The position numbers were made by a program, and so were the translations under genes. A stretch of DNA of 40,000 bases. Source: an uncultured Clostridia bacterium. GTDB lineage: Bacteria > Bacillota > Clostridia > TANB77 > CAG-508. Shown here piece after piece: positions 24,301 to 32,876 of the stretch (positions within the stretch are counted from its first letter, which is position 1; every line of letters starts with the position of its first letter). Location: assembly GCA_944391825.1 (NCBI GenBank), contig CALXUZ010000001.1:9296-49295 (forward strand). The letters run 5' to 3'. The notes beneath the pieces are model-generated. The model searched no databases and was not told the DNA's origin. It saw only the letters and a list, made by a program, of their open reading frames with translations.

Positions 24301-26476
24301 TTCTCCATAGTTCTGTATTATTTCCTGCTATTTCCCTATATATATCTAGCATTGCATCTTCATCTGGGAATACCTTGTTCTCTAAGATATATTGTTTTAT
24401 TTTTGTACTTATTATTCCCTCTTTTAATATATTGGTTTCTACAATATTACCATTATTAATCTCATAAAAACCGTCAATTAATGCAATGCTATTATCCTTA
24501 TAATAATCTCCATCTTCATCTAATACAAATCCCATTAGCTCATATTGTGAAAAAGTTTCATTATATCCATTTGCTAATTTTCCACTATTTAGTGAATCAC
24601 TAGATGGATAATTCAATGGAGATGAGCCTATTTCTACAAATTGCTCATTATAATCTGTTCGCTCTGATTCTTCTTCCGTTCCTTTTGAGGTGATTTTCCA
24701 ATCATTTGTGTTATATAATTCTGCATTTACCATTTGTGTAACAGATGAATATTGTCTTTCTTCTGTGTTTAGGTACTCTGTTGGTAAATATGTCTGTCCA
24801 TTATATTCAAATGTTACATAGTATTTTCTCATTGGGTCCAATCCTTCAAATAAGTAATTGCCATTTGCATTAGTATATGTTGGGTTTACTCTATACATTA
24901 TTTGTTCATCTGTAATTCCTTCTTCTTCAGGATTTGATAATAAGTTTGCAATTTCTCCGTCTTCTGTATATAGTGTAACTTTTACATTTGGTATAGCTCT
25001 ATCCATACTATTTTCTGAGTTTGTAAGTATATCGCTTTGACCATCTGCAATATTTTCTTTTCCAGTAGGCACATCTTCCCAAACATGTCCACCTAAATCC
25101 ATAGTCATTTTTATTTTATTTTTACCAATTATTATTTCTTGTTCGTATAAACTTCTTATTGCATCTGCTGCCATTAGCCATTGTTGTTGCATTTCTGATA
25201 AATAGCATGTTGTTATACAGCCATGGCAACTTCTCCAACCAGTTGGAACACGCTTACCAGTTTCTGGATCTGTTTTGTATTTTCTATGTCTATGTGGATT
25301 ATAGCTATGGTTATGGCTATATTGTACTGTGTATTTTGTACCTCTTAGTTTTGTATATTCACCATTTGCCATCATATATTTAAATTTTATTTTAATTGAT
25401 ATAGATGCTATGTATTCATCTTCATCTTCCACTTCTTCATTAGGATTACTAAATACTATTTGGAAGTCTTGTCCAGGTGCAGGATATATTTGCTCTGTTT
25501 CATCAACTTTTAAATCCTCACTTGGCTCAAAATATTCTGGCTCTTGAGCTTCACCGTAAATTCCTGTTGTAAGGTCTTTTAGAATTATTTTTTCTATTTC
25601 AATGTCATCTCTGACCTCTTCGCCTTTTCTGTTATACCCAACTACTGTCATCTCAGAAATACCTGCAAATGCAATTTCACCATAAATTCCATTTGTGTAC
25701 TCTACATTAAAAGGTCCTACTATGAACTCTCCTGTTTCTTGATTTACTTTTGTATATAATCCATCAAGGTCTGTTTTATCTTCTGGCTGTAATCCTTTGT
25801 CCCTTACTTCAGTATCATATTTAGCATAGTCTTGAGCTTCTTGGTCATAAATAGATGGTCCATCATGAACAGAATCCGCACCACCAACAATCAAATCATC
25901 ATCTGCTGGCACATAGTCTTCATCTGACTCAATATAAATAGATTCATCTCTTAAATTCCAAATTGCTTTTTGTTTTTCTTCGCTCCACTCTCCAATAGGT
26001 TCATCAGAAACAATATATGCTGCTGCTACTGGCAAGTCATTTGTCTCAACTGGCACAAATCTTGGTGGAGTTGTAGAGCCTTGATATGGTGTACTAGCAT
26101 CACCACAACTACTTCTATATGTATTTCCCACTAAAGCTGCAGCCTGACTATAAAGTAAATTATAGCTAAATCTAAGTGGTGAACCTGGGTTAATACAATA
26201 TATCTGAAAATCTTGATATACTGGTAGAGAATATGAATTTGTGCCATATATAGCTTCCCATGTACCTGTATTAATATGGTAAGAATATGTTTCTGGGTCT
26301 TCTTCTCCATCTGCAAGGGTTCCAATATCTGTAGTTTCTGCTTCTTCTAGCGCTTTTAAGTTAGTATCTTTTGCTTGCATGGTTATTGTTTCATATTTAC
26401 TTACTTGATATATCCCTATTACTGTAAGAACAGCAATTACAAAGAATACACAGGTTTTTATAATTTTCTCCTTCAT
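21395..26476 (-). CDS. Giant cell-wall-anchored surface protein: TQXA thioester-like N-terminal domain, SdrD-B-like domains, IPPTG sorting signal
   Basis: 1693 aa with RBS GGAGG and an N-terminal TM/signal. It contains IYCIN (Cys94) and KQKAIW (Gln169). Two SdrD-B-like units are present (GGHVWEDV...NANGNYLFEGL; GTVWEDE...DENGRYEF...GNYIIRFHY). The C-terminus is IPPTG, then a TM helix, then KKKVLKK. Confidence 0.85.
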   Translation of the reverse strand: MKEKIIKTCVFFVIAVLTVIGIYQVSKYETITMQAKDTNLKALEEAETTDIGTLADGEEDPETYSYHINTGTWEAIYGTNSYSLPVYQDFQIYCINPGSPLRFSYNLLYSQAAALVGNTYRSSCGDASTPYQGSTTPPRFVPVETNDLPVAAAYIVSDEPIGEWSEEKQKAIWNLRDESIYIESDEDYVPADDDLIVGGADSVHDGPSIYDQEAQDYAKYDTEVRDKGLQPEDKTDLDGLYTKVNQETGEFIVGPFNVEYTNGIYGEIAFAGISEMTVVGYNRKGEEVRDDIEIEKIILKDLTTGIYGEAQEPEYFEPSEDLKVDETEQIYPAPGQDFQIVFSNPNEEVEDEDEYIASISIKIKFKYMMANGEYTKLRGTKYTVQYSHNHSYNPHRHRKYKTDPETGKRVPTGWRSCHGCITTCYLSEMQQQWLMAADAIRSLYEQEIIIGKNKIKMTMDLGGHVWEDVPTGKENIADGQSDILTNSENSMDRAIPNVKVTLYTEDGEIANLLSNPEEEGITDEQIMYRVNPTYTNANGNYLFEGLDPMRKYYVTFEYNGQTYLPTEYLNTEERQYSSVTQMVNAELYNTNDWKITSKGTEEESERTDYNEQFVEIGSSPLNYPSSDSLNSGKLANGYNETFSQYELMGFVLDEDGDYYKDNSIALIDGFYEINNGNIVETNILKEGIISTKIKQYILENKVFPDEDAMLDIYREIAGNNTELWRKLQFIEDCKIQSYTKPQDGDLDLYPVYDQFKINDRAEYTTIEQMQNGEYDLNADVFDEVVYSPIYPGQFFVNQGLWRRQEVDLALRKDIAYAATRINGKTEVYTYDKRSQMTDAEAEELARLRAIYEQDRTNLANYQAYLDYAEEIENKYYWEIQLRMRDYNNYYATAYSRELYPADYTYRATTNGVSADNELELYVTYKLTVRNSSTSILSEITEVVDYYDEDYEYMEDLSWVMYKNNSDGDNSEISLSEQDYYNTINSLSLQGDLRTTGKDIDSHNSSRYGRNSQQSGMESEYNSVYIRGLDRKQLASGEEAYIYLTFKVRSDNNGPVILDEDNSLKQNYAEINGYTTYYRDGTELPNDQIMNSNDSAGLIDIDSNPGNLSIDDINGNRYERNFEDDTDRAKSIKVTLDNEAIRSINGTVWEDERTQNVSNAMIGDGLRDDEIGIAGVTVELVEKLENGNEYVWQTTTTDENGRYEFRTNESGNVYIIPGNYIIRFHYGNTTATILTDENGGANEVSYNGQDFKSTVYQQNLNNNSGISNYTEEYYNIQASDAFNGNLSDAKDIWERRQEVNDYSSSNVTNHKAQVLASPYADDVNNELINELAQNTNMTAETAIIVLEGEYNRTNTDGYNTNSNGADIYLYDNDYNGNYTLNNVDFGLTERPKAQLELAKKITNVKLTLANGSTLIDTNKGATDITWAANKKYNLIDEMDNNKYEEYYNKDHRYAYRTEIDNLVASRYDASHNSGLIKIEIDNELMHGATISITYELAVTNAGETDYEGQEFYYKARGANQVVTTTANTVVDYVANNLQFRADDNTEGGWASVENVVSSEGLDTQLQEPVKSFNTIIKTESLNKELTPGEETTTSLVLTQLMTSQNTADDRTYNNIAEIVNISNSVGRRMAYSIQGNQNPTAEEPSEVDSVKAEEVIVIPPTGIGEIVVYITLSIVALGVITVGIIFIKKKVLKK

Positions 26477-26491
26477 GATATCCTCCTTTCA

Positions 26492-29400
26492 TTAATTATT
26501 TTTTTTATTTAAAACATGTCTTTTTATTTCAAATATTCCAATTCCTAATAGCATAACTACTGCTAATGAAAGTGTTATATACATTATAACCTTACCAGTT
26601 GCTAATGAAATCATTATATCTGCATTTGAAATATCATCTTCAGATTCTAGTCTATTTGCTTCTATTGAGTCATAATCTTTAATACCTTGGTCATTATAGC
26701 TTTCATATATTTCAGCATTGTTATTAATTATTGTGCTAAGGTTTTTATCTGTAATATTTAGACTTAATATTAATGTAACTTCTTTACTTTGTCCTGGCTC
26801 AATCTTCTCATTTGCCAATGCAGTATTATATACTGCTCCATTATTATCAGATATATACCAGTCATTATTTAATTCACTATTAAATCTTACATCTTCTGGC
26901 AAATAATCTATAATCTTTTTAACATATCCAGGTATTTGTCCTTCATTTGTTACAACTATTTTGTATTCTATAATCATACTGCTATTGTTAACATCTCTTG
27001 AATAAACATCTTGTTTAGTCAATTTTGAGTTTTCATAATAATATACTTTTGTTCCTGCAGATGGTGTTGTTAGTGTTATTTTGCTTATGTATTTATCCAA
27101 TCTTAGGTCAAATTTTTCTGCTATATAAAGTCCAATGTCTATATCTCTTGCATTTGAACCAGCAATTTTGATTGTGTCTGTTACACCTGCATAGCGTTGT
27201 TCTCCATCTAAAACAATTCTCATATTTATTGCGTCTGAGTTATAGCTTTCAGTCGCTGCTTCTGCTTGATAATTTGTTATATTGTATTTTCCAGCATCAT
27301 ATAAGAATACTACTAAATATTCACCTGATACTAAATTTGAAAACTCATATTTACCTTCACTATCAGTTGTTACAATTTTTTGTTCTCCTGTATCTTCATC
27401 TTTTATAATTTGGCTATTAGCTTTATTTATTAGCATTACTTCTATTCCTGGCAAAGTTTGTTCTTCTTCATCTCTTATTCCGTCTTTATTTTCATCAAGC
27501 CATGCAGTTCCTGTGATTTTATATCTGTTTATTGTAGGTCTATCTGTATTATCAGCTTGATCATGGATTTCCTGATAGTATTCTATAATGTTTGTTACTT
27601 CATTTGTATTTCTACTTTCATAATTATTTGCCAAAATAGTCATGCTATTTTTTATTTCTTTATCATTAGTATCTGGTAAAAGTCCAGCTTTTGCTACTAC
27701 ATTAATTGTGGTAGTTTCCCCACTTGATAGTTGATTTATTGATATTTCTAATCTACCATTTGTTAGATTTGTAATTGTTTCTTCTTTACCATTATATGTG
27801 TAAGTAGCATTTACTAAAGTTAAACCTTCTGGCAATGTATCATATACTTTTATTCCAGTAACTCTAGAGCTACCAGCATTTTTTATTGTTAATGTATATG
27901 TAACATTACTTCCTTCTTTTACATATCTAGGGCTTGATGTTAATTCTGATATTTCTAATTTTGCCACTTCAACATTGTATTCTGTTATGTTTGAATATTG
28001 TTCTTCTATTCCATCTGCTCTTGCTGTGGCAGTTATAGAAATGTTACCTTCAATTTCTCTTGCCACTTCAACATCTAGCATTATAGTTTTTTGAATACTT
28101 AATGTTCCAATATTAACAGACACAGTGTTATTAGCTTCATTATATGTTATCCCTTCTGTGGTTCCATTTTCTGCTGACCAACTATCTTTTACTTCACCAC
28201 TTACATATCTTAGTCCTTCTGGTAATGGAACAGTAACTACTACATTATTTAAATTTCCAGCTCCAGAAATATTTTTTAGGTTCAATGTATAATTTAGCAC
28301 TTCACCCTTTTTAATTACTTGTGATTCGCTGGTTTCTGAAATTAATTGTAAAGCTATGTCTCCATCTTCTAAATTAAATATGTAATCATTAGAAGGTATT
28401 GAATTTTCAATATCATCTGCAGTAACTGTCACTTTATGCACTATTTCTTTTGGATATATTGGTCCTGTATCTTCAACAGAAGCAGTTTCATCATTTATTT
28501 GTGGAACTATATCATCATCAAATTTTATATAATATGCTACTTGTTTGCTTTCACCAGCTTTTAATTCTCCTACTGTTAAAACCTTTTCCTTGATTGTTTC
28601 TTCATAAAATCCATTTCCTGTTACATAATCAATAAAAATTGCATCTTCTGGAACTGGAACATTTACTTTAATATTTTTTACAGTTTCTGAGCCATCATTT
28701 TTTACTGTAGCTTTCATTTTTACAATTTGTCCTTCGCGAACAGTATCTGAAGTTGAAGCTAGTTCTACAGAAATGGCTGGTGCTTCTCCAGTTGTTAATC
28801 CTATTGTTCCTGCAACTTTTGATTCTCCCAATGTAGCATCTTCTAATTTATTATCATAATATACTTTATATGTAGTATAACTGCTATTATCATAATTTAA
28901 GTTTTCTGGCAATTCTGCTTTATATGTAAAGCTAAATTGTGCTCCTGTTCTAATTTCTCCACTTGGTACAATTAAATAGCTTTTAACTTTGCTTAAATCG
29001 CTTGGGTTCTCTGTCCAAGCATTTTCTGAATTTATTAAATCCTTAGTTGCCTCACCATTTGTGCTATAATAAATTTTTACTTTACCTTCATCTATTCCAC
29101 TTACTGAAATTTTTTCTTTCATGCTCATAGTAAAGTTACTACCAAGTTCTTCTGTTCCATCTATTTGCACATTTCCACTAAATGGTAACCTACCTAATAC
29201 AAATACATTTTCAATACTATTTGCATAATTGTTTACAATTGTTCCCCCAATTGTAACTTCTTTTGCTTCATCATTTACATTTATAGTATCTACTTTTGTT
29301 TCAGTTTCTGTGTTTGAAATTGTTTTTGTTCCATTGTATCCACTCATGTTGTTTTCTGTAACAACACCATTTGGAGATACAATTTCAATTTTTGTACTTG

Positions 29401-31606
29401 CTAATCCTATTTGATTTGCAGTTCTAGCTTTTCCCTGCATAGCTGTTTTTTCATATAAATTGCTATTTTCATTTGTATAATATAGTAAAATATCACTATT
29501 TGCACTTGGTGCAAATTTTTTAAATGTAATATCTGTTTTAATAACTATATTTGCACCTTTGGCAATTACATTTTCTTCATTTTTATCAGTTGTTCCATTA
29601 TCTGTATATTTTGTTTGTGTGCCTTCTAATGATACTAAAATTCCTTTTCTTCCATCTTGCTCATATACTTTGCTTTCTTTAATTTTTAGTTCATCATCTA
29701 ATAAAATATTTGTGCTTTTAATTTCTACATTTTCAATGTTTTCTGGCAACACTATTTGTAATGTTGGATTTTTATATAGTGCATTTTCAATACTTGAAGT
29801 ATCTAATAATACTCTTAATTCAACATTTTTATTCTCCACTATTGTAGATAAACTTTCTGCATCAATATTAATTTCAGCTTTACTAACTGGCTCTGTCAAT
29901 TTAAGCTCAGTAGTTTTTTTGCTTTCTCCAATTACTCCTAGCGTAATTGTTTCAAAGTCTTGCATATTTTCCTTAGAATAGCCTTGTTCTGCTGAAATTG
30001 CTTTTTCTACTAAAACTGTTATTTTTCCTTCTGTAATTGGTTTAGTTGTTTTAATAATAATTTCATTTACTTTTGCTTCTTCTATATTTGCTGCATAATT
30101 TTCTGTATCTTTTGTAATTTCTGCTAGTTTTTCTCCTTTTTTATTAGTTATTTCAATTTTGCCTTCTTCTCCTAGCATTTTATCAAATATTTCTTTTTCT
30201 ATTTTTACAATTTTACTATAAATAGTTTCTTTATTATTAACTTTGCTATCATATTCATTTTCATTTGAATCTACGTATTTTTCAGCTACTGTTTCAAAAG
30301 TCACACCATCTGTTAATTGTTTATCATATACATTAACTGTATAATTTACTGTAAAAGGAGTATCTTTTTTACTTTCTGCATTTTCTTTATCTTCTTTTGC
30401 GTAATTTGCATAAATATATCCTTTGCTAATTGATTTTGTACTACTAATTGAAGTAGCAACTATTTCTCCGCTTTGTTTTTCTAAGTTATAATTAATTTTT
30501 TCTGTTTTTGAAATTTCAGGTTCTTTTGCTCCATATACTTCTACATTTGCAATTACTTCTAACTCGCCTGTTATTGCACTTTCATTTACTTCTCCTGCTT
30601 TTATTTGTTCTTCTGTTTTTATTGTTTCTTCAGCTTTTTCTAGTTGCTCACTAATGTAGTTATATATTTCTTCACCTGCATAAACATATGTTATTATATA
30701 TTCATCTTCTACATTTTTTGCCCATGTAATCTTTCCATCTTGCTCAGCATTTTCTACATTTATTTCTATTTTATTAGTTTCTGCATTATATGTATAATTT
30801 GCCTCTGTAAATTCTGTGCTACCATTTCCGTTTGTAGCTTTTGTTGAATTTGCTACTACAGTTACTCTTGTAGGAGTTACTTCCACTTCTTCACCAGCTT
30901 CATTTTCCATTTTTAATTCTGGCATTGTAACTTCTAGTCTTGTTTTCGCTACAGGTAATGTATTATCTTTTATACCAGTTTTAACTACTGCTTGTAATAG
31001 CACTCCCTTTTCTTCAGTCATTTCATATAATTTTATTTTATTCAAATTTCCACTTAAATTTAGCTCTGCTTCACCTTGCCAAATTAACTCATTATTAATT
31101 TCTTTTTCAACTGAATTTTCTTTTCCATTTTTATCTATATATGTACCTGTAAAGGTTACTTTGCTTGCTTTTGAGAAGAAATCAGTTTCAATTTCTTCAC
31201 CATTTTTCATAACAACTGGAACTTCTATAATAGTTGAGTTAGAACTATTATTTATTTGTTTTAATTTAATTTCAGTTTTGCTACTACTTTGTATATTGCT
31301 ATTTTCTATTTTTTCTGTATCTATTTCAAAATTTGCATTAGAAAACTGAACTACTGTGTTTTTCAAGTAGCCCACATTTTTCACTTTAATTTCAAGATAC
31401 ATTTTAGCTTCTTTACCAATTTCAAATGTCTTGCTATGCTCTCCTCCACCAAAATAGCTATTAAATTCAATATTTGAATTATTAGTCCTACTATTTTGTG
31501 TGCTCAGACTTTCACTTGCTGCTATAGCCACATTTCCTAATGTTATCAAATAAGTTCCCAACATTGTTAGTGTTAAAATTATTGCTGTTATTTTTCTTTT
31601 TAGCAT
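26492..31606 (-). CDS. Giant cell-wall-anchored surface protein with many DUF11-like repeats, one SdrD-B-like domain and an SLATG sorting signal
   Basis: 1704 aa with RBS AGGAGG and a signal peptide (ILTLTMLGTYLITLGNVAIAAS). DUF11-like units include VKEGSNVTYTLTIKNAGSSRVTGIKVYDTLPEGLTLV. The SdrD-B-like unit is GTAWLDENKDGIRD...DSEGKYEFSNLVSGEYLV. The C-terminus is SLATG, then a TM helix, then KRHVLNKKNN. The stop lies 15 nt before the next gene's start. Confidence 0.85.
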   Translation of the reverse strand: MLKRKITAIILTLTMLGTYLITLGNVAIAASESLSTQNSRTNNSNIEFNSYFGGGEHSKTFEIGKEAKMYLEIKVKNVGYLKNTVVQFSNANFEIDTEKIENSNIQSSSKTEIKLKQINNSSNSTIIEVPVVMKNGEEIETDFFSKASKVTFTGTYIDKNGKENSVEKEINNELIWQGEAELNLSGNLNKIKLYEMTEEKGVLLQAVVKTGIKDNTLPVAKTRLEVTMPELKMENEAGEEVEVTPTRVTVVANSTKATNGNGSTEFTEANYTYNAETNKIEINVENAEQDGKITWAKNVEDEYIITYVYAGEEIYNYISEQLEKAEETIKTEEQIKAGEVNESAITGELEVIANVEVYGAKEPEISKTEKINYNLEKQSGEIVATSISSTKSISKGYIYANYAKEDKENAESKKDTPFTVNYTVNVYDKQLTDGVTFETVAEKYVDSNENEYDSKVNNKETIYSKIVKIEKEIFDKMLGEEGKIEITNKKGEKLAEITKDTENYAANIEEAKVNEIIIKTTKPITEGKITVLVEKAISAEQGYSKENMQDFETITLGVIGESKKTTELKLTEPVSKAEINIDAESLSTIVENKNVELRVLLDTSSIENALYKNPTLQIVLPENIENVEIKSTNILLDDELKIKESKVYEQDGRKGILVSLEGTQTKYTDNGTTDKNEENVIAKGANIVIKTDITFKKFAPSANSDILLYYTNENSNLYEKTAMQGKARTANQIGLASTKIEIVSPNGVVTENNMSGYNGTKTISNTETETKVDTINVNDEAKEVTIGGTIVNNYANSIENVFVLGRLPFSGNVQIDGTEELGSNFTMSMKEKISVSGIDEGKVKIYYSTNGEATKDLINSENAWTENPSDLSKVKSYLIVPSGEIRTGAQFSFTYKAELPENLNYDNSSYTTYKVYYDNKLEDATLGESKVAGTIGLTTGEAPAISVELASTSDTVREGQIVKMKATVKNDGSETVKNIKVNVPVPEDAIFIDYVTGNGFYEETIKEKVLTVGELKAGESKQVAYYIKFDDDIVPQINDETASVEDTGPIYPKEIVHKVTVTADDIENSIPSNDYIFNLEDGDIALQLISETSESQVIKKGEVLNYTLNLKNISGAGNLNNVVVTVPLPEGLRYVSGEVKDSWSAENGTTEGITYNEANNTVSVNIGTLSIQKTIMLDVEVAREIEGNISITATARADGIEEQYSNITEYNVEVAKLEISELTSSPRYVKEGSNVTYTLTIKNAGSSRVTGIKVYDTLPEGLTLVNATYTYNGKEETITNLTNGRLEISINQLSSGETTTINVVAKAGLLPDTNDKEIKNSMTILANNYESRNTNEVTNIIEYYQEIHDQADNTDRPTINRYKITGTAWLDENKDGIRDEEEQTLPGIEVMLINKANSQIIKDEDTGEQKIVTTDSEGKYEFSNLVSGEYLVVFLYDAGKYNITNYQAEAATESYNSDAINMRIVLDGEQRYAGVTDTIKIAGSNARDIDIGLYIAEKFDLRLDKYISKITLTTPSAGTKVYYYENSKLTKQDVYSRDVNNSSMIIEYKIVVTNEGQIPGYVKKIIDYLPEDVRFNSELNNDWYISDNNGAVYNTALANEKIEPGQSKEVTLILSLNITDKNLSTIINNNAEIYESYNDQGIKDYDSIEANRLESEDDISNADIMISLATGKVIMYITLSLAVVMLLGIGIFEIKRHVLNKKNN

Positions 31607-31669
31607 TATAGTAACCTCCTAATTTTTTAACATATTTTTATTTTTTATGTACACTTTCATACATAATAT

Positions 31670-31698
31670 ATTATACGACTTTTTTGCCCATTTTTCAA
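31670..31698 (-). promoter_or_regulatory. Candidate sigma-A promoter of the 1704/1693-aa operon
   Basis: The minus strand reads TTGAAA (31698-31693), a 17-nt spacer, then TATAAT (31675-31670), about 60 nt upstream of the ATG. Confidence 0.55.
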
Positions 31699-31923
31699 TG
31701 CTTTTATAGTTTTTTTTACTATTTTCCATATATTTCATGTGTATTTTCATTACGGATGCTTGTGTTTTAATGTCAAATATTAAGTTTTTATTACAAATTC
31801 GTAATATTGTTACATTTAAACTTTAAAATAACTTTTTTACGAATTATGTTTACAATTAAAATAATTGTCACATTTTTTATAAAACCGAATATATTATATA
31901 AGAATAAAAAAGGAGTGGATTTT

Positions 31924-32082
31924 ATGGGACAAATGAACAATATGGATATGGGAAAGCTAATGGAAATGCTTTCTCAAATGGATAAAAAGCAAATAGAACA
32001 AGGGTTAGCAAAGGCAAGCCAGATACTAAGTGCTGAAGATAAGAATAAAATTATTAATATGTTAAATAAAAATCAAAAATAA
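31924..32082 (+). CDS. Small hypothetical protein (52 aa, Met/Lys-rich)
   Basis: The ATG at 31924 lies 6 nt after AAAAGGAGTGG. The track ORF starts earlier, at a TTG with no RBS. Sequence: MGQMNNMDMGKLMEMLSQMDKKQIEQGLAKA... Confidence 0.5.
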   Translation: MGQMNNMDMGKLMEMLSQMDKKQIEQGLAKASQILSAEDKNKIINMLNKNQK

Positions 32083-32105
32083 AATACTAAGGGGGTTACT
32101 ATATT

Positions 32106-32510
32106 ATGAGTGATGATATTTCAGAAATGATGCAAAAAATGAGCGAAATGCTTAAAAATAATGAAATACCTGATAATGTAAAATCTATTATTAATAATTT
32201 ATCTTCCAAAAGTTCTGAAGCAAATACTTCCTCAGAAAATGGTAATTCTTTTAATAAAAATTCAACTAGCGAAAATAGTAATTCGGATTTTCCAGACATT
32301 GACTTAAACACTATGCTAAAAATGAAATCTATTATTGATTCAATGAACAAACAGCAAAATGACCCAAGAGCTAATCTTTTAAGGTCTTTGAAACCATATT
32401 TAAAACCAAGCAGAAAAGAAAAAGTAGAACAATATATAAAATTATTTAGCATGGGTAAAGTATTTGAAACATTAAATCCATTAGGTGGTGAAAATAAAAA
32501 TGATGTATAA
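32106..32510 (+). CDS. Hypothetical protein (134 aa) with a low-complexity centre and a conserved-looking C-terminal LKPYLKPSRKEKVEQYIKL segment
   Basis: AAGGGGG RBS upstream of the ATG, with codon and amino-acid usage typical of the window. The fully overlapping minus-strand ORF has no RBS and is treated as a shadow. Confidence 0.6.
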   Translation: MSDDISEMMQKMSEMLKNNEIPDNVKSIINNLSSKSSEANTSSENGNSFNKNSTSENSNSDFPDIDLNTMLKMKSIIDSMNKQQNDPRANLLRSLKPYLKPSRKEKVEQYIKLFSMGKVFETLNPLGGENKNDV

Positions 32511-32670
32511 TTATCCATTTTTTAGTTTTCCTCACCTAAGAAGATACCCAAATCAATACGTACCACGCACTCCATATATAAAACCTAATATAAAAAAAGA
32601 AGAACCTAAAATTCAGAAAGAAAAAAAGACAAAGGAAGCTTCTTACGGAAACAATGCTTTTCGGCTTTAG
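32500..32670 (+). CDS. Small hypothetical protein (about 56 aa, Pro/Tyr/Lys-rich)
   Basis: The ATG at 32500 lies 9 nt after AGGTGGTG and overlaps the previous stop (AATGATGTATAA), suggesting translational coupling. It may be the 5' part of a gene that continues in another frame at 32654. Confidence 0.35.
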   Translation: MMYNYPFFSFPHLRRYPNQYVPRTPYIKPNIKKEEPKIQKEKKTKEASYGNNAFRL

Positions 32671-32851
32671 CTTTTTAAATAATTTTTTAAATCAAAAAGA
32701 TAGAGGTGCAGATGAAGAGTATTTTGAATTATTTGGACTTAAATTATACTATGATGACATTTTACTAATAGGACTTATTTTCTTTTTATACAAGGAAGAC
32801 GTAAAAGACCAATACCTATTCTTCGCATTAATATTATTATTACTAAGTTAA
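32654..32851 (+). CDS. Small hydrophobic hypothetical protein (65 aa)
   Basis: The ORF overlaps the previous one by 17 nt and has no obvious RBS. Its C-terminus, DDILLIGLIFFLYKEDVKDQYLFFALILLLLS, looks membrane-embedded. Confidence 0.4.
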   Translation: MLFGFSFLNNFLNQKDRGADEEYFELFGLKLYYDDILLIGLIFFLYKEDVKDQYLFFALILLLLS

Positions 32852-32875
32852 CGGGTGCCTTTAGGCACCCGTTAA
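32848..32875. terminator. Strong hairpin between the convergent small-ORF operon and minC
   Basis: Perfect 12-bp stem TTAACGGGTGCC / GGCACCCGTTAA with loop TTTA. It overlaps the plus-strand stop codon and ends just short of the minC stop. The U-tracts are weak. Confidence 0.55.
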
Positions 32876-32876
32876 T

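Noticed and set aside
22155-31477. Many 60-177-aa plus-strand ORFs inside the two giant minus-strand genes (for example 30816-31349, 29559-29981, 22893-23249), plus the out-of-frame minus-strand ORF at 26131-26325
   Set aside because: All are nested in long, motif-rich coding frames. They lack RBSs and have low-complexity Ser/Phe/Leu/Ile composition. I treated them as antisense or alternative-frame shadows.
32099-32518. 139-aa minus-strand ORF exactly overlapping the 134-aa plus-strand ORF
   Set aside because: It has no RBS, and its hydrophobic, Phe/Leu/Ser-rich composition is typical of the antisense frame of an AT-rich gene. The plus-strand ORF has AAGGGGG plus an ATG and is part of a coupled operon. 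I treated the minus-strand ORF as a shadow.
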